Source of the DNA: Octopus vulgaris
Taxonomy: Eukaryota
Direction: 5' to 3'
Assembly (NCBI GenBank): GCA_951406725.2
Contig: OX597833.1
Location: forward strand, 68,634,001-68,698,000
Length of the DNA: 64,000 bases
This document shows, piece after piece, positions 1 to 13,490 of the stretch. The notes under the pieces are model-generated. The model made no database searches and was not told the DNA's origin. It worked only from the letters and a program-made list of their open reading frames with translations. The first letter of the stretch is position 1. Each line of letters starts with the position of its first letter. The position numbers and the translations under genes were made by a program.

Positions 1-12
1 TAATAAAGGCCC

Positions 13-24
13 GAAACATATGTA
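13..24 (+). ncRNA. 3' half of a minimal (PLE-type) hammerhead ribozyme motif, cut by the window edge
   Basis: GAAAC-ATAT-GT-A: GAAA box, palindromic stem III (ACATATGT) and GUA triplet, followed by a short tail and (TA)n. The CUGANGA half would lie upstream of base 1. Confidence 0.35.
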
Positions 25-130
25 CCGCTGAATCCTTGGCATCATGTTTTCATTTTGATCAATTTACTCCTCCACCTACACCACCAAACGGTATATACAG
101 GTGCTTACAATTATCAAGTACTCACCCCGA

Positions 131-178
<48 letters not shown>

Positions 179-267
179 CAAACTTTCAAGATTATACAAA
201 AACCAAAACAAAGAGACATGTATTGAAGCCAGAAGATGTATTAGTTTGATGCTCAGGAAAAATAGAT

Positions 268-306
268 GTCTTTGACGTTTCGGACCGAAGTTCTTGTCTA
301 TAAACC
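268..306 (-). ncRNA. degenerate minimal hammerhead ribozyme motif
   Basis: Minus strand GGTTTA-TAGACAA-GAAC-TTCG-GTCC-GAAAC-GT-C-AAAGAC: stem II with UUCG loop (one mismatch), GAAAC, GUC site. The core box is altered (TAGACAA for CTGANGA). Confidence 0.45.
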
Positions 307-1053
307 AACGAGAAATAAACAATGAAGAGAGGAAGAAATAGGTCTGGTTTAACAGTTGAACTTGCTCATTATTCACAAATAATCGAATGCGTATATAAAG
401 AAAAAAAGGATATTACTATGCATTAACAGACAACTTTGAAGATCGAATTAGTAAAAGATCTGAAAAGGGTTGAATAAAAGTATGCAGAAATAACCGTTTC
501 AGGTATCTAAGATGATGTGTTTCTGTCTAACCTTTGTCTGATGTATATTGTTTTTACCTCCAAGGCATTTACTATTCAATAAATCAATTGGTCTTAGGTT
601 TCGGTATACGCCGCAGGAAATACCAGAGCTCAGTGTAGAGAGAAATGACAGTAAGAGATATAATTCAATATTGCAAGTCACTAAACAGAGTGAGAGGAGA
701 AATATCTTCAATAAAATAGATCCGCAAAGCAAGTTTATACTTTGGTCTCCGATGCCAAACAGCATATACTATACCTCTGACAAATAAGATACCAGTTTTA
801 ATCATCCCCACAAATTGCAGCCTTTCTCAAATAGTAGGAGGACAGTCAACAGTCTTGACCAAGGTGGAGGCATGTTACCTTCGAGTTTCATAAAATAACC
901 TGTCCGAACACATGTTTTGTAGTAGTTCTTCCTCTCATATCTCGTCCTGCATCCGTTTGCCCTGTAGCGATTTTTCAGTTAAAATGAGAGCTTTAACCAC
1001 CCCGCAGTGGGATCGGCATACACCGCTATATTCATGGATTAGTATAAAATAAA

Positions 1054-1442
1054 TCCATCCATCCATCCAGTCAAAGTCGACTCAATGTTCTCCAGTCAGT
1101 TCTATCCTGGGTCGCTTCTTTCAGATTGGCTATGTCCATTCCGGTATCACTCTTGATTGTGTCAAGCCAGCGGGTTCTTGGTCGGCCTCTTCCTCTCTTG
1201 TCACTGGCCATTCCGAGCATGATGTCATTCTCCAGGGATTTTCTCCTCATAATATGACCAAAATATGCCAATCTATACTTGGTGATCCTAGCTTCTAGCG
1301 ACAGCTTCGGTTTGATCTGCTTAAGAACTTCTCCACTTGTGAGCTTCACTGTCCATGGAATCCGTAAAATTCTTCTTCAACACCAATGCATTAATTCTCG
1401 TCTGGTCAGTTTTTTGGGGTGTCCAGGTCTCGCATCCATATT
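1054..1442 (-). mobile_element. 5'-truncated RTE-clade LINE (ORF2 C-terminus plus simple-repeat tail)
   Basis: Minus translation YGCETWT...RRILRIPWT...RLAYFGHIMRR..LENDIMLG...KRGRGRPRTRWLDTIK..QDRTDWR is the characteristic RTE C-terminus; it ends in (TGGA)n. Confidence 0.9.
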
Positions 1443-1639
1443 AATATTCATTTAGTGTCAAGGCGTCGGGATGTTCTGAAAAGTGGAAACGCAAAGCAAC
1501 GCGTTCAATATAGGGTTGCTGTTTCTTTATATTTCAAATGAATATTTTCTGATACCGTTTTTGTCATTGATGAGGATTATGGTGGTGTTTATTGTGCCTC
1601 ATCAGAAAGTATGTCAGACACGACGACCATGTCCTATAC

Positions 1640-1864
1640 TTTTTACTTGTTTCGCTCATTGGACGGAAGCCGCGCTGCGACAGCTTCTTGAATGATTTCA
1701 TCGAACAAATCAACCCGATCACTTATTTTTTTACATGTCACGTACTTATTCTCTCCCCCTCTACGTCGAACTGACAAATTACGTGGATATAAACACAGCA
1801 ACATCGGTTTAGAGATGGCAGGCCAGAAACAGTACACACAGATACGCACGCACACATTCTCTTT

Positions 1865-1870
<6 letters not shown>
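1640..1870 (-). mobile_element. old degenerate SINE family A, 3' half
   Basis: ttttacttgtttc...cattggac...tcgaacaaatcaaccc...tacttattct...gaactg...taaacacagcaacatcggtt is colinear with the young family A copies. Confidence 0.6.
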
Positions 1871-1910
<40 letters not shown>

Positions 1911-2654
1911 GATAGATAGATAGATACTATGTATACAATAAATTCTCTTTGAATTCAAATAAAAATATAACTGAAATATCTGAATTAAATGGATTTTTGA
2001 ATTTATATTCCTATAAAGATGGAAGCAAATTGTAAAGTATTCGGGAAGTATACAGTATATTCATATATTAGTTAATCAATACATATAATAATAAAATTTC
2101 CCCCACAATATTTCACAACGACAGAGGCAGCATTTCTATGTATAGTGTAAAACTACAGACACATTTATATGTCTAGGTATTTATAACTCCACGAATCTGT
2201 CTGTCTCTCTCTCTCTCTATGTATGTGTATATATATTCATATATACACTTATCTGGAATAACTGTCTAAGGCATAGGGATATATCCGTTATTTCTACAAA
2301 TGAAAACTACCTATGTTAACCCTGGCCATCGATATGCAAGCATAGTATGCTCATAGAATACAGGCAATAACAGGAATTTATGATTCCTAATAAAGCAAGA
2401 ATTTATTAGGAATCAAATTTAAATTAAGCAGAAAATGGAGAAAGTTTTCATAAACAAACAACTTGACTACAATCGGTTATTATTATTTCATATACAAACT
2501 TTAACATAGCTAACGGCCGTTTCTGCGACCAAAGAAAATTATGAGAATAATATTCGTCATGTTTTATAGCACATCCGATCTGGTACATGGAGCTTCTTCA
2601 GAGTGAAGGCAGAAAAATAAAATAAGAGGGAGGGGAGAGAGAGGGAGACAGACA

Positions 2655-2916
2655 GATAAATAGATCGATCGATAGTTAGATAGATATGATAGATAGACAG
2701 GATAGATAGAAAAAATATGATAGATAGATAGATAGATATAAAGATAAATAGATATATATATAGGATAGATAGATAGATATAAAGATAAATAGATAGATAT
2801 ATAGGATAGATAGACAGATAGGATAGATAAATAGATAGATACATAGATAGATATATAGGATAGATACATAGATAGATATATAGGATAGATAAATAGATAG
2901 ATAGATAGATAAATAC

Positions 2917-2952
<36 letters not shown>

Positions 2953-2980
2953 GATATATAGGATAGCTAGATAGATAGAC
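2655..2980. repeat. (GATA)n microsatellite, interrupted
   Basis: Direct reading. Confidence 0.95.
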
Positions 2981-3577
2981 TCACACAAATTATTTTATAT
3001 TCATTCATTGCTTTATATGTGCATAGACATGCAATTAACTCACATTCCTGCAAAAGTGTACATACATGCATATATATAAATATTATATATATATATATAT
3101 ACATGTGCCAACTCAGTTACACGCGACAAAGTTAAAATACATTCGCGTGTCTGTACAGACAGTCGGATACATACGTGTATTCACAATCTGTAAGCATCTG
3201 ATTATATGTGAATTTAACTTTTCTATTTTGCATATACTTTCATTACAGTGAAAACCTTTAAAGTATATTACATGCTTTTCCTTCAGTTTCTGTCATGCTA
3301 ACTTTATCTTCGGGACACATAATTATATGACACATGAAAGAAAGATATAAAAACAGAATTATTAACATAGAGGGGAAATTGATTTCTTCTCGTTTTTTTT
3401 TTTTTTTTGGTTTTTGTTGTTTTTGTTATTAATATTTTTTAAAAAAAGTAATCGGAATATGTTTATTATATCAGAAATACATAAAATGGAATAATTTAAA
3501 ACCCAATGTCCACGTTTTATATTTCCATACGCATTAAAATTTTGCACAATAAACATTTACTGGAATAATATATAGAG

Positions 3578-3610
3578 GCATGCATATACATACATATATG
3601 CATACACACG

Positions 3611-3676
<66 letters not shown>

Positions 3677-3777
3677 TAACGATAGATATATAGACACATA
3701 TATTTATTATACTTTTTGTACACACATGTATATATATATAAATATTTATACATATATATATATATATACAAATATTT

Positions 3778-3814
<37 letters not shown>

Positions 3815-3849
3815 TATATACATACATATATGCATACACACACACACAC

Positions 3850-3894
<45 letters not shown>

Positions 3895-4050
3895 AAGATA
3901 TATATATATATATATAGACACATATATTTATTATATTTATAACTTTTTGTACATAAATGTATATATATATATATATAAATATTTATACATATACATATAT
4001 ATATATATATATATACATATATATGCATGCATATACATACATATATGCAT

Positions 4051-4117
<67 letters not shown>

Positions 4118-4235
4118 AAGATAGATATATATATAGACACATATATTTATTATATTTATAACTTTTTGTACATACATGTATATATATATATATATAAATA
4201 TTTATACATATATATATACATACATACATATATGG

Positions 4236-4288
<53 letters not shown>

Positions 4289-4320
4289 TATATACATACA
4301 CACAAATATATGTATATATA
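3578..4320. repeat. tandem triplication (~220 bp period) of a compound (TA)/(CA)/(GA) microsatellite unit
   Basis: The unique anchor atagacacatatatttattat...actttttgtac recurs near 3690, 3914 and 4133. Confidence 0.85.
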
Positions 4321-5601
4321 TTTATACCGATCTACCTACCTACCGACGTGTTCACACATACTTACCAATATATGTTTGTGTTAGTGTATGTTTGTCTAAA
4401 GATGTGAGTGTGCTTATTCCGTTCTATTTACTGCTTTGTGTGAACTAAAGCGTCTGACGTGTTTTCTAATTTATCGTTTTTCTGACCCAACGAGGTTAAG
4501 GAACGTATTCATAGTCTCACATTTTAAAACCTGATTCAGCTTGATTCTTAATTCTTATAACAACTCAATAAGTCCTTGCTGATCCGTTTAGCTTCCGGAT
4601 TAAAAATGCTAAAATGCAAGCTATGTATACAAACATAGATGCATGCATGCATGTATATATATATATGTATGTGTTCATCCGTTTTGTTTCTATTTCCAAA
4701 ATTGAGAAATTACACACAAACACGTATGAGTCTTTTACTATCAGGAATGGTTTCCGAAAATCAGCCATTATTGAGAAAGATGTAATTCAAATAATGTTAC
4801 TACTTCGATTGGGGAAAGAAAAGTACATTGAGTAAATGAACAGTTTGAATATATCGCATCAAACGATCTCTACATTAATAAAAATCCTGCAAACTAAACT
4901 TTTATTGTCAAACAGCAAATCAGGAACCGATATTAGGATATTAATGTAGTGTGGGTTGTCTGTCTGCAAGCCATTGTCCGATGCAATAATATATATCTAG
5001 ATTGTTATTTACTCGGTATAATTTCTTTCTCTATAGGATTATATTGCGTTTAATATATCATTCAGATGTGGCTGTCTAATTATTGTTATGTTAATGACCT
5101 CTCTATATCACACCAGAAAGTAATAATTTTGGTTGATTTGAAGTAACAGGAACTTCTGAAGGAAGACAGAAAAGACATATCAATAAATAATTGCCGAATA
5201 ATAACTATGTGATTGGCCAGACAATAGATCTATGTTTATTCATTTTTCAATTTCAGCACTCAAAGAGAAACTCTAACATATTTCTCTATAAAGTTTGTTT
5301 AACGAATTGATAGGAAAAAAAAAAAAAAACTACATATCGGCAAAGGGATGTATTCGGAGTATTGCGGATAAACATTAATTACGTTTGTTTTTTTTTTTTT
5401 TTTTTTATTTTTGTGTTTTGCTGTCCTGTTTTTTTTTTTTTTTTTTTTTTTTTTTGTTCTTGTTGCCTCTTGATGTAATTTAAATCTCAGCGGAAATATC
5501 AAAATGATTGGAGCGTGATATTGTATTCATCCATGTATAATCAAGTCGAATCCATTTCTCAATATCTCTATTATCGTAATTATATATACATATACATACA
5601 T

Positions 5602-5632
<31 letters not shown>

Positions 5633-5639
5633 TATATAT

Positions 5640-5671
5640 ATAGTTACACTAACATATATATAATTGCAGAA

Positions 5672-5717
<46 letters not shown>

Positions 5718-5870
5718 GTATATGGATATCTATATACGCATACATATATAAATATATATATATAGTTACACTAACATATATATATAATTACAGAAGCATA
5801 TATATATATATATATGTATACACATATATATGGATATCTATATATGCATACATATATAAATATACATATA
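5640..5870. repeat. tandem duplication (~120 bp) inside a TA-rich tract
   Basis: tagttacactaacatatat..aatt(g/a)cagaagcat...tatggatatctata occurs twice (from ~5641 and ~5763). Confidence 0.85.
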
Positions 5871-5880
5871 TATATAGATA

Positions 5881-5912
<32 letters not shown>

Positions 5913-7850
5913 CATACACATATATACATATATATATATATATACATACACATATATACATACACATATATACATACACATATATACATGTACGACTGTG
6001 TGTGTATGTCCGTGCGTGTGTGTGTACGCGTGTGTCTCAGTGGACCTGTGCGTGTGCTTCCGTATCTGTTCGTACGTGCATAAGCAGACGCTCAGCAGCA
6101 TCTAATCTAAACGCACTGAAGACAATAAGTCCTGCTCGATATTCATATATACGGTGCATTTGCATTGCATTCATTTTATCTTTAATCCTGTTCACTTAAT
6201 TGGTGCGAAACATATTTGTAATAGAGAGAACATGAAGAGTTAGTCGTTCTGCACATAATTTACACTTTTCTCTGTATTTATTTCATGAGGATATTAATCC
6301 AGATATATACGACATCAAAGCAACACAATGGCGCTGAAATAATAGAGTTGACAACATCAATGATAATAAAGGAAATCTTTGTAGTATTGTATTCAAGTTG
6401 TCATTTATGTGAACGTTACTTAAGGGAAAACAATGAACAGTTAGAACAATACCATTGCATATTGTGTATGCGTGTACGTGTGTGTGCATGTGTGTGTGTG
6501 TGTGTGTTTCGTTGAATAGAATTTGCACTGAGATTTTGATGCTTTAGTCATGGCATAAACGTTGCGGTTCATTAACGTTTTCATAGCGTTCAGCTAGAAA
6601 CAGTGCTGTGTCTTGAGAGGGTCGTTGCGCCAATAATAAATACATGCCCTGGTTCAATATCACTTCTATAGTATTAATCAATTGTTTAATTATCAAACCG
6701 AGAAATTAATCAATCATTTCTTTAATGCGTTGATAAAATCAATCAATCATTTGTTTATTTGTAAAAGTATTTTCGTCGCTATTCGCAATTTCATCAATGG
6801 TTCGTCCTCTTTCCTCAGTATCAGTGTTGAGTGTATGTGAGACTTAGATTCATAACTATGAGTATGTATCCTTCTAATATTTATATGTAGACGTGTGGTT
6901 ACTTACAAGAGAAGAGAAAGATGAAAGTAAACAAAGACTATTGTGTGAGCGTGTGTAAACACGCATAAATTATTCTCTCTGTTTCGTCTCATTTCAATTG
7001 ATAAGAACAACCTCTACATCTCCTGTGTAAATCTAGTTAACCGTAAGCTAATGATTGCTTGCAACCTTCATACACCACTGGGTGTGTAATACCCGTTATT
7101 CGCGTTAAAGAAGAACTTATATTTCGTTCTTCATATTGGCCAGCTTTTTTGGAATTGCATTGGAGTTGGAGTTAACAGGTGCAGACGATCGCAATTATGC
7201 ATCAAAGCAACACATTCAAACACACGAGCAGAGGTGCACTCAGTCACGAACATATCTATCTATGTATCTATCTATCTATCAGTCTATTTATTTTACTGTG
7301 AACTTGCCTGTCTGTATGTATGCATGCACAGCAGTGTGTCTGTGTCTGTGTGCGCCATCTTTTGTTTTGTGTCTGTCTGTCTGTCTGTCAGCCATATTTA
7401 GATTCACAGTGGAGGCAAATAAACTGTAGCAACTAACAGAAAACTGCACGAACTAATAACACAGGGAAGAAATAAAGAGATGACATTTCCAAAGACTTTC
7501 TTCTGAACAATTCCTTTGAATTATTCCTTTAAATTCATTCTATATTTGTTTTCGAGCTTTTCATACTCTTTTTTTTTTGTTCATTTAGTTTTTGTTCTCG
7601 TCCTAAACTATATTCCAGACACTGGTTTATGTATATATGTCTCCTATAAACAAACACTGCTTGCATAATTCAAAGAAAAAAGAATGAATCAGCGTCTAGA
7701 GGTCTAAATTCTTGTAATTCTGTGAGATAAAAAAAAAATTCTCTGCTAAAACTTTTTATCTTTTTAGTTACAAAGAGCTTTCATTGTTATTTCATTTCAT
7801 TGTTTGAATATCTCTGTCATTTATTATTATTATTAGTAGAAGAAAAAATG

Positions 7851-7883
<33 letters not shown>

Positions 7884-8465
7884 TAAATATCTGTAACGTT
7901 TCCTATGATATGTACAATCTTTGGTATTGTCCATAACGGAAACGCTATTGAAATGTGGGCGCCATCATTGAGGTCTTAGGTATTTTTCTAAGTAGTCTTA
8001 TACTGTAGATATAAGTCAATGAAGCAGTACGAAATTGGCGCCATATCTCATCCGATCTTTCACATAATCTCCATTTTTATTGTTGCTAGTTACAATCCAT
8101 CACACTCCTTGAAACATCAAATCAAATCAACCATTTAAAATTACTTATAAGCGTTTTTAGCTATTATATTTCTACACAACCGTCGTTTTCGAAAAAAACT
8201 ATAAATTGGTATATATCAACCTAGCACACGTGTGTCATATACACATAGATGTGTGTGTGTGTGTGTATGTGTGTGTGCATACATATTGCACGTACATTTA
8301 TATTTGTGTGTGTGTGTATGAATAATACCTTATTTGATCAATGCTGGGAGGACTGTAGGTAAAGATAACATAAGCCGGATTGAAACTGGAATCAACACAC
8401 ACACATACACACGCGCATGTATATATATATATCTGTGTGTGTATGTATAGATTTGTGCATATACA

Positions 8466-8511
<46 letters not shown>

Positions 8512-8894
8512 GTGTATAGATAAACGGGGGTGTGCGCAGAAAGAATGTGTGTGCTGACAGTTACTAATCCAGTTAACTTGGTAAGTGACAGGTGCCTGAG
8601 TAGCGGATTTTTTAAAATCACTAATTCTTTTGGTTTTAAATGTGCCAAAGAAATGCAGATACTTTACTCCATCATGCACCACATTTATGCTCAAACCAAG
8701 TGCAAAATACTTGCCTTATTTTATTGCAAATTGCTAATACTGTGGCCTAAGAAAGAGATTAGCAGGAAAAGCAGATAAAAGCACACTTCGTTTTTCTTAC
8801 AACAAAAGCAAAAAACCCCACAAAGTTTGTAAGACAAATACGCAAGTAAAACTGGTTTCTCTACCTTAATTTTTAATGTATAATAGGTATACTG

Positions 8895-9059
8895 GGCGCA
8901 GGAGTGGCTGTGTGGTTAGTAGCTTGCTTATTAACCACATGGTTCCGCGTTCAGTCCCACTGCGTGGCGTCTTAGGCAACTGTCTTCTGCTATAGCCCCG
9001 GGTCGACCATTGCCTTGTGAGTGGATTTGGTAGACGGAAACTGAAAGAAGCCTGTCGTA

Positions 9060-9110
<51 letters not shown>

Positions 9111-9331
9111 ATATGTTTGTGTGTTTGTGCTTGTCTCCCTAGCATTGCTTGACAACTGATGCTTGTGTGTTTACGTCCCCGTCACTTAGCGGTTCGGCAA
9201 AAGTGAGTGATAGGATAAGTACTGGGCTTACAAAGAATAAGTCCCGGGGTCGATTTTCTGGACTAAAAAAGGCGGTGCTCCAGCATGGCCGCAGTCAAAT
9301 GACTGAAACAAGTAAAAAGAGAGTAAAGAGT
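8895..9331 (+). mobile_element. full-length tRNA-headed SINE, family A (internal microsatellite)
   Basis: Head ggcgcaggagtggctgtgtgg...gttcagtccc with A/B-box-like motifs, conserved body, central (TA)n(TG)n, and tail ccagcatggccgcagtcaaatgactgaaacaagtaaaa(gagt)n. More than 10 related copies in the window. Confidence 0.92.
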
Positions 9332-9459
9332 AATGGCTTTCATAAAAACTGGCTAAAATCTGGTGTCAGTTGATGTGAGCTATGTTTTTCTAATCTAATT
9401 CTGGCCCACGCCAACCAGTTTTATTTTAATTACGACCTAATGAAGCAACATTTGTTCTC

Positions 9460-9915
9460 AGGAACAAAACAAGATCAAAGCCCTAAAGGGAATATCAGAG
9501 AGTGTGGCGAGATGTTCCAGCTGGATCTCGTTGGGGAGGAACGGAAACGACTCCGTATCCGTTTGGAGGCAATAATTTTGGAATTTAATGCTAAGGGAAG
9601 TAACTCTGAGTGAGCCATTGTGATAGCGTTGACGTCTCACTGCTACCACCAAAACCAACGTTATTGTCTTGTTCAAATAGAAGTTTGAAAGCTGAGTCAA
9701 CGGAGTGTTACAACTACATGAAATCCAAAGTGGTTTCAATGCACAAGTCTCCAATATATTCAAGAGACCAAAGACTGTCGACTGAGGGACACTATGTACA
9801 CATGACGGGGATGTCGCTCGGAACCCCAGAATCTGTAAGAAATTGAGGGCCGAAATACTTGCTAGACAGAGGTTTCTTCTCAGAAGACCTTCGGCTCTTC
9901 AAACACTCTTCATAG
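9460..9915 (-). mobile_element. possible decayed L1/Tx1-like LINE ORF2 fragment
   Basis: Higher-GC island; the minus frame near 9800 gives CPSVDSLWS, resembling the H-x4-CP-x4-LW motif after the L1/Tx1 zinc knuckle. Stops and frameshifts are present. Confidence 0.3.
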
Positions 9916-9932
9916 TTTCTTACATATATATA

Positions 9933-10339
9933 TACTCTTTTACTATTTTACTTGTTTCAGTCTTTTGACTGCGGCTATGCTGGAGCACCACCTTTAATCG
10001 AGCAACTCGATCCCGGGACTTATTCTTTGTAAGCCCAATACTTATTCTATCGGTCTCTTTTGCCGAACCGCTAAGTGACGGGGACATAAACACAACAGCA
10101 TCGGTTGTCAAGCAATGCTAGGGGGACAAACACAGACAAACAAACACACACGCATATATATATATATATATATATACGACGGGATTCTTTCAGTTTCCGT
10201 CGACCAAATCCAGTCACAAGGCTTTGGTCGGCCCGGGACTATAGTAGAAGACACATGCCCAAGGTGCCACGCAGTGGGACTGAACCCGGAACCATGTGGT
10301 TGGTAAGCAAGCTACTTACAACACAGCCACTCCTGCGCC
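9933..10339 (-). mobile_element. full-length SINE family A
   Basis: Reverse complement of the 8895 copy, from head (..cagccactcctgcgcc) to tail (tactattttacttgtttcagtc). Confidence 0.92.
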
Positions 10340-11433
10340 TGTATGTATGCATGTATTTATATACAGGTTTTCAATAACAAGATTCAAGAATCTTACACAC
10401 ACGCACGTATATATGTAGATCATTTCACCAGGAATAATCAGGAATCTTTCTCGCACACACATTCATATATATATACATATATATATATGTATATACATGG
10501 TTGTTGACTCTCGCAAATGCTGTTTTAATGACATAAAAGTAAACAAAATTGCTGGAATCTTATTCCTCCTCTCAGAATTTCTAATTCTTCTCTCTACGTT
10601 CTCTCTTTTGCTTATCTTCTCTTCCGATTATAGATTTCTTCTTAATATTCTTCAATATTGAGATATTTCAATGTTTACACAGACTTTAATGAAGTTCCTT
10701 TTATAAACTGATCAAAAACCAAAAGAAACTAAACAAACACACGAAAACTAATTCCGAAACACGATTTCCATTTTCAATTGTTAAAAATTCTTTTCTATTC
10801 TTTTATTTTTCCTTTAAACTGACTTCCTTGTTAATGTTGGCCATTTACAAATCTAATATTTTCATTGTTATGTGCGTTTTTGTTGTTAGTGTAATTGTTT
10901 TAAAAATATTTTCACAAGGCATTATTCATTTACTATTATTGTTATTTTGTATTATTCTTCCCTTTAAAGTATTCCTTTTGCTTCTGAGAAACTTCTTATC
11001 AAAAACATCATCATATTGATTAATTCACAGACCCACCTCTCAGCCATTCTTCGTCGTCTTTTTTATCAATCTTCTGCCTATATATGCACTCAGGGCAATT
11101 TTCGTTTTGTTTTCGAATATTGGAATACTTTCTCTTTTGTATCAATACAATCAACTATAACCTTCCGTTGTAACAACCTCCCGAACTCACCATCGCTACC
11201 TTTTTTTGCCATTCTCTGTTTTAAATGTAGGTTATTTATTGATTGTTCAAACATATAAATATAGTGCTTTCACGTAGTATTGACTTGTTGATCTGCTTAA
11301 ATAAAGTACGGTACACTGTAGCCTCATATACAAAATTTCAGGTAGTCTGCTACTGTCTATTTATCTATCCATCCATCCGTCCATCTATCTCTATACGAAC
11401 AACATAACCATATGTATATATATATATATACAT

Positions 11434-11464
<31 letters not shown>

Positions 11465-11465
<1 letters not shown>

Positions 11466-11663
11466 CTTTTTACTTGTTTCAATCATTTGACTGCGGCCAT
11501 GCTGGAGCACCACCTTTAGTCGAGCAAATCGACCCCGGGACTTATTCTTTGTAAGCCCAGTACTTATTCTATCGGTCTCTTTTGCCGAACCGCTAAGTGA
11601 CGGGGACGTAAACACACCAGCATCGGTTGTCAAGCAATGCTAGGGGGACAAACACACACACAT

Positions 11664-11724
<61 letters not shown>

Positions 11725-11884
11725 AACGACGGGCTTCTTTCAGATTCCGTCTACCAAATCCACTCACAAGGCATTGGTCGGCCCGGGGCTATAGCAGAAG
11801 ACACTTGCTCAAGATGCCACGCAGTAGGACTGAACCCGGAACCATGTGGTTGGTTAGCAAGCTACTTACCACACAGCCACTCCT
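11465..11884 (-). mobile_element. near full-length SINE family A
   Basis: Same body and tail; the head lacks the first few nt; flanked by TA-rich sequence. Confidence 0.92.
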
Positions 11885-12064
11885 ATATATATGAGTTACT
11901 TAGTGGGGAGAGAGGGTTCAAGTTTTCCTCCAGTATTGGACATCGGTAATTACAAGAAAATATCAGACAAATCACACAAGCAATACAAATATGAAAAATG
12001 CAAACATTAACTGCTGTCTATATAGAATGCAAAAAGCGAATGACGGTTACCATTTCCAGATAAC

Positions 12065-12290
12065 CTGTGTTATTTTCGAGATAAACTTTGGGACGCTCTC
12101 GTACAGCTCTGAGTTTCTGATACTCAATGCATACTGATCAATATTCAGGCACATCCTCAGCATTCGGGTGTAGCACCCACACGAGTTTCTCGGTCATTGA
12201 CCAAGTCTCAAACCCGTACAACAGCACAGAGTCCATTGCAGAAAAAAAGAGACGGATTTTCAGGTTCTTAGGTAGATAGAATTTCCATAC
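12065..12290 (-). mobile_element. RTE-clade LINE ORF2 fragment
   Basis: Minus translation VWKFYLPKNLKIRLFFSAMDSVLLYGFETWSMT, then a shifted frame GCYTRMLR; this is an RTE post-RT signature. Confidence 0.75.
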
Positions 12291-12309
12291 AGATCTATAT
12301 ATAGATCTG

Positions 12310-13052
12310 AAACTGGTCCTGAAGCGCAACGGCATTGCTGATACATTTGACAATGCGCAGTGTCGACCCGTCCTGGGATTTGTGTAGTTTTCAATGCCAA
12401 AATTTGGCACAATCCTTTCCAGGATCTTTCCGATGTATATTGGTGCATATCTCTCCCGCATTTGCTCCAGGGAGTAGAGTCGTAGCTGTTCCAGCTTTTC
12501 CCAGTCGGTGAGCTATGGCAATGAGACGATCTTCTTTGTGAAGCTTCGCTGGATTGCTTCAAGATCCACTGTGAATTTTACACTGTGAAGGTGACCATTG
12601 CTTGGAGCAGTAATCCAAGACGATGAATGTCCTCCAGAGGATCATCATGGTTTTGTTCTCTCTGTTTCTGAAGGTTATCAGGATCCAGCCATCCAGCCGT
12701 CTGCACTTTTTCACTATCTTCATAATGGAAAGATTTATCATCACTTAGGTCACGCACTAATTTAGGTTCTGGGATTCCAATCCCTCATGGGCCAGTATTT
12801 TCTGTGAGTTTTACGTTCACTTTTGGGTGCTGGTTGCACTGGACTAGGAACTTTCCAGCATTAAATTACGTATTATTTTCCTCAGCCCATCTGTAAATTA
12901 ATTCCAACTCCTGCTGCAGGTGTGCAATATCGCTAGGGTTTTGTATATTCTGAGACTTTCGTATCGTCTTCGTAGCCAGTAAGTGTGGCATATCTGAGAG
13001 GGCCACTATGAAAAGTACTGGTCCCAAGACAGTGCCCTGTGGAATACTACTA
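12310..13052 (-). mobile_element. CR1/Jockey-group LINE reverse transcriptase remnant (pseudogenised)
   Basis: Minus frames give SIPQGTVLGPVLF (RT motif B'), YEDDT (decayed YADD), LDYCSKQWSP and RERYAPIYIGKILERIVPNFGI..TGRHC; multiple frameshifts. Confidence 0.85.
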
Positions 13053-13276
13053 TTTTGCAGGTCATCTTCATTGTGGGGATGGTAACGCCCGTAAAATCAT
13101 TCGATGTATTTCACTTCGATCGATAAAATTTCAACGAAAGTAATAACTATGGATCTATGTATCTATCTATCCATCTATATATATATCTGTCTGTCTGTCT
13201 GTCTGTCTATATATGTGTCTGTCTGTCTGTCCGCCTAGCTAGCTAGAGATATGTGCACGCATGTGTGTGTATATGT

Positions 13277-13490
13277 TACTTATTTCAGTCATAGAACCAC
13301 GGCTATGCTGTTACAACGATTTGAATGCTCGAGATGAAAAGATCACCCCTTATACTTCATTCAAAGTCTGCTGCCAAAGAACTTATTCTTTCGATCTCTT
13401 TTGCCGAACTGCTATCTTACAGGGATGTAAATAAACCAACATGAATTGTCAAGCTGTTGGAACGACAAATGCAAACACGCACACCCCTCA
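13277..13490 (-). mobile_element. degenerate SINE family A, 3' half
   Basis: ttacttatttcagtcat..ggctatgctg...cttattctttcgatctcttttgccgaactgct...taaataaaccaacat..ttgtcaagc. Confidence 0.7.

Noticed and set aside
499-787. Overlapping 79-88 aa ORFs
   Set aside because: No recognisable motif; possibly decayed transposon sequence, but unsupported.
1071-1349. Host protein-coding gene
   Set aside because: It is the C-terminus of a truncated RTE LINE ORF2.
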